DNA of 64,000 nucleotides, taken from the NCBI GenBank assembly GCA_964016885.1, contig OZ024758.1:5580001-5644000 (forward strand), written 5' to 3'. A program made the translations under genes and the position numbers. The notes beneath the pieces are model-generated. The model searched no databases. It was not told the DNA's origin and saw only the letters and a list, made by a program, of their open reading frames with translations. This document shows positions 1 to 12,540 of this stretch, one piece after another. The stretch is from Eledone cirrhosa (lineage: Eukaryota). The number at the start of each line of letters is the position of its first letter. Positions within the stretch are counted from its first letter, which is position 1.

Positions 1-623
1 ATTTTTCTCTTTCTCTTTCTCTCCATATATGTATATATATATTGATCTCTCTTCACAGTCAATATGATATTGATTTTACACTAATATGTATAAAATATCT
101 TCACATTTAATCTAGAATATTTCTGGTACAGATTTGATATTTATTCATTTGGCATTTTTCTTCTTTCTATTTATTTTCACATGTTTCAAAATGCTTCAAA
201 ATAGTTCCATGATGAATTCTTATAAAAAGAAACACACAAAAAATTGGATCCCTCAAAGTGCTGTAAGTAATTCTCCACCTTTTGAGTTTTATCATCATCG
301 TCATCATCATGATCATCCCCCCGCCACCAACACCACCACCACTATCACCACCACCACCACTATCACCACCACCACCACCACTATCATTATAATCACTGAT
401 TTTACAAAATAAATCGAAAATCATAAGCAGAGTCTTTTATCAGAAATATGGTAACAATAATATTAATTAAATTTATGCCTGAGTTTTCAAAACCATTTTA
501 GTTATTGTGAAAAACTAAAATATTTCAGTTTTAAATTTAAAATATATTAAAAAAAGAATTGAAGAAAATATTGGAATTATTTTATGTAAATTCTAAGTTG
601 TGTTTTTTCTTTGTTTATTTCAG

Positions 624-740
624 GAGTCAATGATGGTTTTCTTAATATTAGACATAAAAATTGATAAATCTTAAAGGTCCCCCTATTGTAATATATAGGC
701 TGATACTATAATCAAAATTACGGAACAAAACACATTTAAT
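624..740 (+). other. NPHP3: Probable 5' UTR part of the first coding exon of NPHP3
   Basis: Polypyrimidine tract plus CAG acceptor at 601-623 upstream of ATG 741; implies a further upstream non-coding exon that I did not locate. Confidence 0.6.
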
Positions 741-1172
741 ATGGGAACTGGAAGTTCTTTCTTGCATTCTCCTGATGATGACGACATCATTGGTGCTGAC
801 TGTGATGGTAATAGCCATGGGGTCATTAAAAGGATTCCGATTGAAATGAAGCCTAGAGGACGTCTAGGACTTCGCAAGCCCAAAGATGAAAGCTTACGTT
901 CAATCGACCTCGACAGCCAGGAACTTGAGCGTAAAAACAAAGAATTTGAAATGTACCGGCGCAATAAGGAACAGGAGATTGCTAACATGCTGAAGAAAGA
1001 ACAAAAACTTATAAACGAGAACAAGAAATTTCGAGCGGAGTTGTTGGCGCTTCAGAAAACTTGCACAAAACTACGAGGTGAACGAGATTTGGCAACTCAA
1101 GCAGAAAGCCAGGCACTTGCAAGAGCTGCGGCATTTGAGAATGATCGTGATAAGATTCAACGACAATTCAAA
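741..1172 (+). CDS. NPHP3: NPHP3 coding exon 1 (myristoylation motif, coiled coil)
   Basis: ORF MGTGSS...RDKIQRQFK, donor AAA|GTAATA. Confidence 0.95.
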
Positions 1173-2280
1173 GTAATATGAAGTTATTTTGTTTATTTTA
1201 TTTTATATTGTTGCTGTTGTTTTTGCTGTTAATTAACATTAAAGCTATGTTTTTTCCAGTGCGGGTGGTTGAGAGACACTATTTCTTGTTCTGGACATAT
1301 CCCTTGTCTAAAAGTGTGTTTGTTTAGTTTCCCAATGTAAAAAAAGGACCTTATGTTTACTTATGATTCATTGAAAATATTTGCTTGTTTTTTTATAGGA
1401 GCCGTTAACTTTTCAAAAAATATTTTTCAATTAAATAATAATCTGGAAAATTATAATTTGCCCTTCGTAACAAGCTTTGTTATTATCATTATTAAATCCC
1501 GCTGAGGTTAACTTTGCCTTTCATCCTTACGGGGTTGATAAAATAAAGTACCAGTAATGCGCTGGGTAATTGCTGGCCTTGTGCCAAAAAGTAGAAACAA
1601 TTATTAATGATTTTTCTTGTCATTACAAATTTAATTTCAATTGATTAAAATTCTTTTTGATTCTCTAAACTAAATATGCCTACCTTTTCTTTCTTTGCCC
1701 ACTTATTCCTGTGAGTGTCATGGAGGGCAGCATCCTCAAACACTCCTTCCAGCAGGTCCTGCCAGAAGCTGTCAATCTCCAATTGATCTGACTGAATCCC
1801 CAAGTGAGACCAGCCAAGTTCATGGATGTTATTTAACCATCTTGCTCAGGGTCTACCCCTGGGTCTCCTGTCACTTGGTTTTGCCCATAAAATCTGTCTA
1901 CAGTGATTCTTTCCTGAAACATTCTAACCATATGTCCATAATATCAGAGCTGTGATGTCTCAATTCGGAGAAATGGTGGCTTTCCTTGGAATGACTTTCT
2001 GAGCTCCAAGCTTTACCCGTAAAATCTGTCCAGTGATTCTTCCTTGAGGCATTCTCTACTTAAAGAATAGATATAGGAAGAAATGCCAACAATAATGTTT
2101 TGGATTTTAGCATAATTCTTGCTAATTTGAGTAGAGGGTCTGTGTCTCTCTAGCTGATCAAGTTGATCAATACCTCAGCCAAACAACATCCAAAATACTC
2201 CTTATCACCTTTAAAATAGAATCATCATCATCATCACATAAAATCTTTGAAATATGTATGAAATTTTTTTGGTCTTCCAG

Positions 2281-2428
2281 ATATTTCGTGAAACCAAAGA
2301 AAGTGAAATCCAGAACCTTCTTAGAGCAAAACGAGAATTAGAAAGTAAAATTCCAAAACTAAACAGGGATCTTCTGAATGATGCCAGTGAAGATGATGAC
2401 TCTCCGGAATCTGGCTTGGAATCTGTTG
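2281..2428 (+). CDS. NPHP3: NPHP3 coding exon 2
   Basis: CAG| IFRETKESEIQNLLRAKRELESK...; donor G|GTAAAT. Confidence 0.93.
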
Positions 2429-2554
2429 GTAAATTCTTTTTCAGAAACTCTGTTGTTTTTAATTCTTTTTTAGTTTTTATGCAATCAGTTGTATTGTAGA
2501 AAACATGGAGACAAAAACCCCCAATCATTTTCTCATATTTTCTTTTACTTGCAG

Positions 2555-2701
2555 GTAGTGCTTATCCAGGGGATTGGTGGACAGCTTTGGAGAGTGAACC
2601 TTCACTTGGCAGCACATTTCAGTTACACCCAACATTCCGTGGACCTGAATTAGCCAATTGTGTCATGGAACTAGAGGGGCCGTTTACTAATGTTAATAAA
2701 G
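2555..2701 (+). CDS. NPHP3: NPHP3 coding exon 3
   Basis: SAYPGDWWTALESEPSLGS...FRGPELANCVMELEGPFTNVNK; donor G|GTTAGT. Confidence 0.92.
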
Positions 2702-3631
2702 GTTAGTAGTTGTTTTCTAGCTGCCTGATTGCATCATCAGTTTAAGTAAAATCATTGGACCTCATATTCCTCCATGTTGTAAGATGACTGCATGGTATAC
2801 ATGGTCCCGTAACTCCTGAGGGTGTCGTAGGGGTCCTGTATTCACATACAGCATTTCTAGGGCATTTTAAAACATGGCAGAGCCTATCTCCTCTCCAGCA
2901 GATTTCTTCCGGAGAAGGGTAGAGAGAGAGAGAATGAAAATAAAGGATGAATTAACCTCAGTACTTGACTGGTACTTTTTTTATTGACCTTGAATGGATG
3001 AAAAGCAAAGTTGACCTCAGTGGGATGTGAACTCAGATCTGAAATGAATATTGCAAAGCATTCTCTACAATGTTCTAATGACTCTACCAATTTGTATCCA
3101 GCTGTAAAATATTGTTTCAAAAAGAACCCCAAGATGAGCATGAAACCATTTATGGGGATCACAAGGCAACGTTCTGCTTTAGCAGAGAAAAATAGCTTTA
3201 AAATGTATGGTGTATAATTTCTGACTGTGTTGTCAATAAAGACAAGTTCTCGACGACGCACACATTTTTGAACACCAAAAATTTGAAAAAAAACAATAAA
3301 CAACCTTCGGCCTCCAGGACGCATGGTAGATTTTTGAGACTTATTTTAGGAAAAAAGTAGCATCTTTGATGCCAGGAAATACGGTAAGTGCCTGAGGTCT
3401 AACTTCATACATTTTATCTCTAAATCTCTTCTCTTAGTGGCTCCCTTTCCATATTTTATAGAAAATCTAAGAAGAATGTTTTAGTTGAATACTGTAAATT
3501 TTAGGTAAATTATCTTTGCTTTACTTGTGTTTATAATGTTCATAGGAGAAGAGTGACCATAACACCATTCCTTTTCCATTTCAGCCTCATTACTTCTTTC
3601 ATTGATTGATTATTTAATTATTTTTCAATAG

Positions 3632-3765
3632 AGGATTGGAGTTTGGCTCTAGGAAAGCTGACACAGATCAACCCTACAATTCCAGAACATTTAATTGCCA
3701 ATGTGGTTCGAATTTTTGTGTCTATTTCTAATGATAGTAAAATGGAATTTGATATTTTCCAAAAG
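3632..3765 (+). CDS. NPHP3: NPHP3 coding exon 4
   Basis: DWSLALGKLTQINP...EFDIFQK; donor AAG|GTAATA. Confidence 0.92.
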
Positions 3766-4519
3766 GTAATATTTGTTTTGTTTTCTTCACTTGATTTAGA
3801 AAAAAATCTTTATTTGCTAGCAACGCTTTCAATGCAACATATGGGGTGGCCACTACTAGATGGAGAAAATAATTGTTTCTACTTTTGGCACAAGGCCAGC
3901 AATTACCCAGTGTATTACTGGTACTTTATTTTATTGACCCAGCAAACATGCAATCAGGCTACTGTGCTTCATCAGCAGGACAGCCCTCCCAGTATTGTGG
4001 TCTTCGAAGTAAACTTGGTCTTCACACAATGGTAGCCTCACTGATTCTAGCAGTCAATGATGCTGTGACACATGACCTCTAAAAATGAGGAAGACCACTG
4101 TTGAGAAAACCACATGCATGTGTCTGTCTGTGTGTCTGTGTACAGGATATCTGTAGATAGAAAGCAAAAGAAAACAATACTCAATCTACTACAAGAGAGC
4201 TTATTTAGTTTATGTTATATCTCATATACTTAACATGTGTATGTGTGACCTTAGGCTTTGAGGTTTAGTTATGGGCACCACTGTATAGTGAAGGAGCCAT
4301 TCTAAAACTGGCCTCTCTCATCAGGTGCAAGGACAAATATTAAATTGAATATTCATATCAACAATTAAAAGAACTTTTTTGCATAAAAACTATGCTTTAC
4401 TTTTTTCTGATAATGAAGATTCTGATAGTAAAATGAAATAGTGGAAAATATTGATTTTGTTTATTGAATTATTGGTGTATTTGTATTTGTACATCTCGTA
4501 TACACATCATCTTTTTTAG

Positions 4520-4618
4520 GTATATGCTCCAAAGCTGGCCAGTCTATGTCAAGGAGAAGGACGCACATTAATTGTTGTTAACATGCATGTCGATGATGAT
4601 GTGAGCCTATCTTCGACG
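4520..4618 (+). CDS. NPHP3: NPHP3 coding exon 5 (3' boundary 4600 or 4618)
   Basis: VYAPKLASLCQGEGRTLIVVNMHVDDD(VSLSST); two in-frame candidate donors GAT|GTGAGC and ACG|GTTTGT. Confidence 0.8.
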
Positions 4619-4652
4619 GTTTGTTCCTTACTATTTATTTTTCCTTTTACTC

Positions 4653-5203
<551 letters not shown>

Positions 5204-5903
5204 CACTGTTTAATGTCCATTTTCTACACTAGCATGGGTTAGATGTGTTGTCTCATTATGAGACAAGTCAGATCGGGTGACTGTGTTTTGCTCATACAGT
5301 CTTGTTTCTGGCTTGGTTTCTATGGCAACCACATTAACAGCGGGAACTGGGTGCTTTTTATCACAGCACCAAAATGACCATCTGACAGGTTGGACTGGAT
5401 GCTTTTACATTGTGCCATCAACACGACCACTGTATGGGGTGCATTGAGTACTTTTTGTTGTGTCACCAAAACGACCATTTTACAGCGTTGACTGGGTGCT
5501 TTTTATGAACAGTTCATAGGCTGACCAAGACACTCTCATGGAATGACCAAATGAGGTTTATTTTTCAACATAGTCCCTGGAACAAAACAATGCAGTTATT
5601 AATAAGAAGAGTTGAAATTAATGCATGCAAGATTTCAGAGCTCTAGCATCACTCTTTCATAGTCAGACTAAGAACTTTTCAGCCAGCCCTCATATTGTGC
5701 ACAGTGAGAAATAAATTGTCAGCTGTGGTCATATATTCTGTTGATGGGATGATATAATCGGTGGATTTTTCAGTGCAGTCCTACATCATACTAGCTAAAT
5801 ATAGCTTTCACCAACAATATTCAATATAGAGTAAAAAAACCCATGTAAATATGCAATAACCTACTCAATGAAGCTTCTAAATCCTATATTTATATATTGA
5901 CAG

Positions 5904-5989
5904 GTATTTGAGCTTCACTTACAAGCCATAAAGAAACAAATCCAGATGTCAAACTTGTATTTAGCTTTCAGAGGAGTTGAGGCTAACAG
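5904..5989 (+). CDS. NPHP3: NPHP3 coding exon 6
   Basis: CAG| VFELHLQAIKKQIQMSNLYLAFRGVEAN; donor AG|GTAATG; phase fits neighbours. Confidence 0.8.
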
Positions 5990-6001
5990 GTAATGTAATC
6001 T

Positions 6002-6229
6002 TTAACCCTTTAGCATTTACATTACTCTATATATATTATTGTATTTTCATGGAAAACACTTTACCTCACATAATTATCTCACATAATATCAATCTATGAG
6101 ATTTTGATGATATTTATTTTGAGAAGAATACCTTAAAATAGGTATGAGTAGACATTTACAGCCAGTTTGAACAGAAAGAGGTGAGAGAATTCTGACCGGA
6201 TACAGCTGGTTTGAATGCTAAAGGGTTAA
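6002..6229. mobile_element. piggyBac-type MITE
   Basis: TTAA-CCCTTTAGCATT...AATGCTAAAGGG-TTAA. Related copies near 25229, 26668, 28357, 33323. Confidence 0.8.
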
Positions 6230-7747
6230 CCAAGACTTTTTAAAACATATTTTTCTCTTCTGTTTTTTGTGTGTGATTGGAAAAGTGAAACCCATGAAGT
6301 GTGGAAAGAAACCTAAATGCTGAAAATATGGAAAGTTTGTCTGAAAGAATACTGCATTTAAAAAAATGTTTTGTAGTAGGCATAAAAGGCAAAGTTTACC
6401 TCGGCAGGATTTGAACTGAGAGAATTGGGAGCTGAAATGAATACTGCAGAGCATTCATCATCATCATCATTTCATTTTACGTCCGCTTTTCCCTGCTTGC
6501 AAGGGTGGGACGGGAACTGATTCTGGCTTGATTTCTACAGCTGGATGCCCTTCCTAACACCAACCTCATTTACAGTGAGTGCTGGGTGCTTTTTTGCCGT
6601 GGCACCTCCACGACCACTTTGCAGTGGAATGATAGGGACCACCAGTCCCTATCATCTCATTTCTACAGCTGAGTAAACTGGAGCAATGTGAAATTAAGTG
6701 TCTTGCTCAAGGAAACAACACATCACCCAGTCTGAGAATTGAACTCACAACCTTTCGATTGCAAGGCCAATGCTCTAACCACTAAGCCATGTGCCTCCAT
6801 TCTATCTGGCATTCTAACAACTCTGCCAATTCACCGCCATATTGAGAAAAAAAGTACCAGTGTTGTACCAGGGTTGATTCTTCTGCTATATCTCTTTCTC
6901 ACTTCCATTCTACCACTTTCTCTTTGGAAGAAATCTGCTGTATTCAGACCTGGAGAGGGGATGCTGTATGTCAACACGACACCCCTATAACTTCCCCAGA
7001 AGTTACAGGACCATGTATACATGCAGTAGAAGGCATGAGGGTGCAGGGGCATCAAATATCAAGTTATTCTCAAGTGGGAAACCTGGTTCAAATACTTGCA
7101 ACTAAGGGGACTGTGTTAAAGGCCCTCAGAAGCCAAATAATTATTTTAAACTGAGTAGGGTTGGAAGGACCCTCAGTTGTGTCAAAGGCATGACAACCTC
7201 TTCTGAGCACTCGATGGAACGTAAGACCATACATAAGCGAGACACAGATCCCTGGCTTGCTTGGGAGATCTATTGGTCCACTCCAGTATGGACTAGGTCT
7301 ATATAGACCTATCCAACCCTTGCTAGCAGGGAAAACAGCCGTTAAAACAACAACAACAATGATGATGATGATAATAGATTAAGTCTACAACACAAGAATT
7401 GGTAGAGTCAATTTGATGGGCTTCTGCAGAGTTTCTGCCCATACAATTTTACTCACAAGGCCTGGATTTACTCAAAGTTATGATAGTAGACATTTACCTA
7501 AAGAGCCACCCATGATATGGAACCCCGAGCCACATGGTTGTGAACTACATGGCCATGCCTTTTAGCCATCTGTGTTGAAGAGCTGCAAGTCAAAGAATCC
7601 AATAAGGTTGGATTAGATCATCTTGGTAAATGTGTATACTGATATGTTAATGGTTTGTTTTCTATCCTATTTTTATTTTATATATCTCCACTCTAAATCT
7701 TTGCCGTTGATTAGCAACTTTGCCTCCTTCATCACATTTTATTTCAG

Positions 7748-7825
7748 GTTTAATAGCTGGGAATACAGCTGGGGACATTTAGATAGCCTTGGTGTGCGAC
7801 CTGCTGTATTTTGTCTTCGTGAGAA
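7748..7825 (+). CDS. NPHP3: NPHP3 coding exon 7
   Basis: FNSWEYSWGHLDSLGVRPAVFCLRE; donor AA|GTAAGT; phase fits. Confidence 0.8.
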
Positions 7826-8718
7826 GTAAGTGTTTTGGTTTTTTAAACTTTTGCTTTGATTGACAATAGGTAAGGGTGCTGGACTTGCAATCATAATTTC
7901 GTGGGTTTGATTCCTTGGACTGGGTGGTGTTCTTGCGCAAAAACACTTCATTTTACATAGCTTCAGTATACTCAACTGAAATGAGTACCTGCAATAGCCT
8001 GGGGTTTAACTTTGTGATGGGCTAGCATCCTGTCTCAGTTGATTAATGCCATGGAAACTGGGGTCAGCACCGGCCTGATGAGCCTCCAAGATTGAGACAG
8101 TTTTTTTTTTGACAACTATGATGGAAAAGTCATCTAATAAGTGATATTGCTTTATAGACTTACATTTCAAAAGATTGGACTGTAGAGTGGCAGGAAGAGT
8201 GGAATACCACATTAAATTCATTAAGCCAACCCTGCACAAGGCCAGCAATTTTGGGAGCGTGGAAAGTTGATTAAATGACCCCAGTGCATTACTGATACTT
8301 TATTTTATCGACCCCCCCCCGTAAGGATGAAAGGCAAAGTTAACCTTGAACTCAGAACGTAAAGGGATGTAAGTCTATGCTGCAAAGCATGATGTCTGAC
8401 CCTCTACCGATACTGCCAATCCACCGCCAATATACAATAATTGTTTCTACGTTAGGCACAAGGCCAGCAATTATCCCAGTGTATTACTGGTACTTTATTT
8501 TATCAACCCCTTAAGGATGAAAGGCAAAGTCAACCTCGGCAATAATGGCAGAGGATCAGTTGAGGGATGAACAAAATGTCAGGTCAACATTTGCATAATT
8601 TTTTGAACATTGAAACAGATGTAGTGATGATGGTGATGATGGGGTGATGGTGATGGTGGTGATGATGATGGGGGGAATGGTGATGGTGGTGATGATGATG
8701 ATTTTAACTTTTCTTCAG

Positions 8719-8845
8719 ATATGATGGTGCCCAGATCAACAGTCTCAACATCCAGAGCAGTAATGTCCGTATCTTGAATGGTTACACTAACCCGGCAAAA
8801 GGGGCTGAACTGGCTTATAACGAGATTGACAAAATATTAAAAATG
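8719..8845 (+). CDS. NPHP3: NPHP3 coding exon 8
   Basis: YDGAQINSL...NPAKGAELAYNEIDKILKM; donor ATG|GTAAGT. Confidence 0.88.
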
Positions 8846-9168
8846 GTAAGTTTTTACTGTATTATTTTGCTTCTGACAGCATGTATCATCATCATCATCA
8901 TCAATGCCACAATCTATTTTCCATGCTTGGTTAGATGGGTTAGATGGGTTAGATGGATTAGATGGGTTAGATGGGTTAGATGGGTCAGATGGGTCAGATG
9001 GGTCAACACATTACAAGGCCAGAGAGGTCAGGTGACCACATTTGCTCATGTGCTCCATTTTCTGTGGGCAATCTCTCAACTTGTTTATGCCAAAAGGGTG
9101 GTGACCTAGAATTTGACCTTCAAGTGCCACTCAGGGCTCGAAGTGTGGACAGATTTCGACAATGTGGA

Positions 9169-9549
9169 CAGACCTGCCAATCTCTAAAAACCCAAACTGG
9201 GAGTACCATGAAAAAAAGTGTCCCAAAACGGGGAGAAATGTGGCAAAATGGAGAGATTTTACATAATTGTTTCTACTTTAGGCACAAGGCCAGCAATTAC
9301 CCAGTGCATTACTGGTACTTTATTTTATCGACCCCGTAAGGATGAAAGGCAAAGTCAACCTCGGCGGGATTTGAACTCAGATCGTAAAGGGACGTAACTA
9401 TGCTGGAAAGCATGGCGTCCGACCCTCTACCGATACTGCCAATCCACGGAGAGATTTTACATAATGAAAGCTATATCCAAGACATCTCTCACCCAGCCTA
9501 AAGTGGGTGGGAGACCTCCCTGTCGTATGGGGGAGAGTTGACAGGTCTG
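9169..9549. mobile_element. MITE-like element hosting a SINE
   Basis: Ends CAGACCTGCCAA / TTGACAGGTCTG; no clear TSD. Confidence 0.55.
9268..9447 (-). mobile_element. tRNA-derived SINE family A (MetaSINE-like central domain), young copy with 18-bp TSD
   Basis: B-box-like GAGTTCAAATCCC; core GCCTTTCATCCTTACGGGGTCGATAAAATAAAGTACCAG; TSD GGAGAGATTTTACATAAT at 9250-9267 and 9448-9465. Other copies near 1496, 3872, 8236, 8438, 19520, 37148, 40180, 49219, 61121. Confidence 0.85.
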
Positions 9550-9624
9550 TAGTAGGTTACCCAATAATTTCACTGACCCGATGTTAACATATATCTGTAT
9601 TTCTGCTTCTATTTCCTTACACAG

Positions 9625-9798
9625 GAACTTGGTATTGATGCCAAAAAGGAAAAACCAGAAAGTGACTGTGGTTATTCAGAACTGGAAGGTCCTGAACAGT
9701 TATGTGGTGGTGCATTGTGGGACATCCAATGTGACTATGAGCATATGGTAGCTCTTAATGCTGCCCTATCATCAAGTTGTGAGCTGGGTTTTGAAAAG
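9625..9798 (+). CDS. NPHP3: NPHP3 coding exon 9
   Basis: ELGIDAKK...LWDIQCDYEHM...CELGFEK; donor AAG|GTAAAG. Confidence 0.93.
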
Positions 9799-10315
9799 GT
9801 AAAGACATTTTCGGCATCATCATCATTCATCATCATCATCATTATTATCGTCATCATCATCATTATTATCGTCATTGGTACCATCAATGTTATCTTTACC
9901 ATCTTCCACTCCGTTCTTATAGCATTGCATGCTGCTAAAGTTCCAGCCTCCTGCTCATATTTCCTGTAGCTCACCCTGCACCTGATGATGTGGTGGTCAG
10001 CTTTTGTCATTGATGTCCAGAGGACCTCTATATGCAGTTACACTGGCATGTATTTGTGTAATTGGAAAGGTATGTGCTGTATTTGGTATTTCTAGGTGTA
10101 TGTGTTACGTGTGATGAGTCTTAGGCTTGTTTGCATCACATCATTCTCCTGCCGATTGATTTACTGAACATCGCTTTTAGTAGGGGTCAACTCAGTCAGA
10201 CCCCACTGCATGACTGGTACTTTATTTTATCGACCCCATAAGGACGAAAGGCAAAGCTAATAGATGTTTTAAATTTAGATAGATTTGTTATGTTTGTTAT
10301 GACATATGTAATGAT

Positions 10316-10771
10316 ATCATCATCATCAACATTTAATGTCTATTTTCCATGCGAGCATGTGTTAAATGAGTTGTCCCCTTTCTGAGACGAGTCAGATTGG
10401 GTGACCATGTCTTGCTCATACAGAACAGTTTCTGGTTTGATTTCTACGGCTGGATACCCTTTACAGCATGGACTGAGTGTTTTTTTTTTTATTGTGGTGC
10501 CAAAATGACCAACTGAGAGGTTGGACTGGGTGCTTTTTGTCATGTCACCAACATGACCACATTACAGGGTGGACTGGGTGCTTTTTGTCGTGGCACCAAC
10601 ATGATCCCATTACAGTGTGGACTGGGTACTTTCTATCATGACACCAAAATGACCAACTGACAGGCTGGACTGGGTACTATTTGTCATGTCACAAACATGA
10701 CCACATTACAGCGTGGACTGGGTACTATTTGTCATGTCACCAACATGACCACATTGCAGCGTGGACTGGGT
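10316..10771 (-). mobile_element. SINE-like family C with RTE-type (ATG)n tail and internal 48-bp tandem repeat
   Basis: Tail resembles GCATGGAAAA..GGACGTTAAATGATGATG; repeated GGACTGGGTGCTTTT unit. Related copies near 5205, 15410, 18729, 22367, 34780, 35682. Confidence 0.7.
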
Positions 10772-10973
10772 AAAAAACATTCTGAATTAATTGAAATTTC
10801 TGTCTTAGCTGAAAGAAAACAAAAACTTAGCAGTAATTGTTTGTGAATATGAAATAAAAGAGATGATTTCTAGAAATTAAGAATTAATCTACAATTTCAT
10901 GCAGCATTTCTTTCATTAAGGTTTTATTCCCTGCCACTTATAATTCCATAGTTTCTCTCTTTATATATTTCAG

Positions 10974-11077
10974 TACTATGAGCAACTGAACAGTCACGTA
11001 CACGCCTGTGGACCTCAACCTCCTCTCTTCATCATTGGTTCTTCAGGTACCGGACGTTCTTTGCTGCTAGCAAAATG
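10974..11077 (+). CDS. NPHP3: NPHP3 coding exon 10 (P-loop)
   Basis: YYEQLNSHVHACGPQPPLFIIGSSGTGRSLLLAKW; donor TG|GTAAAT. Confidence 0.93.
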
Positions 11078-11216
11078 GTAAATGGAACTTTATTCACTTT
11101 TGATTTTTCATTAGCATCAAGAAAACAATGATTTTTTTTTTTTTTCATCTTTGTTTATTTATTTTAGTTAATTTGTGTATTATATTATATTATATTATTG
11201 TTGGGTGTGATGCATA

Positions 11217-11260
<44 letters not shown>

Positions 11261-11287
11261 CAAGCGGATGTTAACACAACAATTAGG

Positions 11288-11606
11288 ATCATCATCATTT
11301 TACGTCCGCTTTTCCCTGCTTGCAAGGGTGGGACAGGTCCTATTCAGCACAGCATCTCTCCACTTGTCACGGTCCTTCTTCATCTCCACCGTGAGCTTCA
11401 GCGATCTGACATCAGTTCTCACCACCTCCGCCCATGTTTTTCATGGTCTTCCTCTACTGCGTCTTCCCTCCACTGGGACTTCCTGGCACTTCTTTACCCA
11501 GCGGTCATCCTCCATGCACATCACATGTCCATACCATCTCAGTCTCCTCTCCCGCACACTACAACTTATCCCTCTTAAACACAGTTTCTCTCTCAACTCA
11601 TCTATG
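11288..11606 (-). mobile_element. RTE-clade LINE 3' fragment
   Basis: ORF ...RERRLRWYGHVMCMEDDRWVKKC...VEGRRSRGRP, typical RTE C-terminus; tail GCGGACGTAAAATGATGATG. Confidence 0.8.
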
Positions 11607-11634
11607 CTATATATATATATATTTATATTGACAG

Positions 11635-11749
11635 GACTCAACTTCACCAGGAGAGATATCCCAGCTGTTTAGTTATGTGTCACTTTGTCAACTCCAAGTC
11701 TTCTGTTGGTGCTGATCCCATTTTTATGATCCGACGCTTCACAGCCCAG
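11635..11749 (+). CDS. NPHP3: NPHP3 coding exon 11
   Basis: TQLHQERYPSCLVMCHFVNSKSSVGADPIFMIRRFTAQ; donor CAG|GTATTT. Confidence 0.9.
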
Positions 11750-11855
11750 GTATTTCAATCTCTCTACCTCCTACACCTGTATATTCGTTTAGTCATAGAC
11801 TGGAATTATTTACTAGTATTGGCAAAATTGGTAAACCAATGAATAAAATGCCTTG

Positions 11856-12042
11856 GTGGATTGGCAGTATCAGTAGAGGGTCGGACGCCATGCTTTGCAG
11901 CATAGAGTTACGCCCCTTTACGGTCTGAGTTCAAATCCCGCCGAGGTTAACGTTGCCTTTCATCCTTACGGGGTCGATAAAATAAAGTACCAGTAATGCA
12001 CTGGGATAATTGCTGGCCTTGTGCCAAAGTAGAAACAATTAT
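11856..12042 (+). mobile_element. SINE family A copy
   Basis: GGTGGATTGGCAGTATC...GAGTTCAAATCCCGCCGAGG...GTAGAAACAATTA. Confidence 0.85.
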
Positions 12043-12540
12043 CATTTCAAACCTTGCCTTTAAGCTTCCCAGAGTTGATAAAATAGTTGATAGAGTACAA
12101 AACCAGATAGTTTACATTGTCCAGTTTTGGTTTATGTTCTGGGTTCAGATCCAAATAATTGGGGAGGGGAGGGGGGGGGGCAGTTGGAAAATCAGTAATT
12201 TTTCTAGGTTGTATCTGTTGATTTAAAAAAAAAAAAACAGAATTATTTCATAACATATTGGATTTCTAGTAATGTATGTTTTTTGTCATGTATAATGTTT
12301 TTCAATGTATAAAGGAAATTAATTGTCTCAGGAATGCTACCACTTAAAATAAAATTTCGCTGGAGATAGATTAGCAAAATTTATTAAGCGGAAGATTGGA
12401 AAAAATCTGAAAAAATTAATAAACAGGAAGGAGGGCCGATTATTTGAGACATGGGAGTACTTTTACTGTTATCTGGACTAGTCTATTTGAGAGTTAAGTC
12501 TATCAAGACAATACACCAATCTGTTGTAGTAGGCCTTATA

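Noticed and set aside
8070-8100. CTGATGAG motifs here and at 16944 and 61431 as hammerheads
   Set aside because: They are part of the SINE family B 3' end, followed by GAGAC rather than GAAA, and lack stem I/III pairing.
8927-9005. (RWV)n peptide repeat ORF
   Set aside because: A 9-bp GATGGGTTA slippage expansion of a SINE-tail remnant in an intron.
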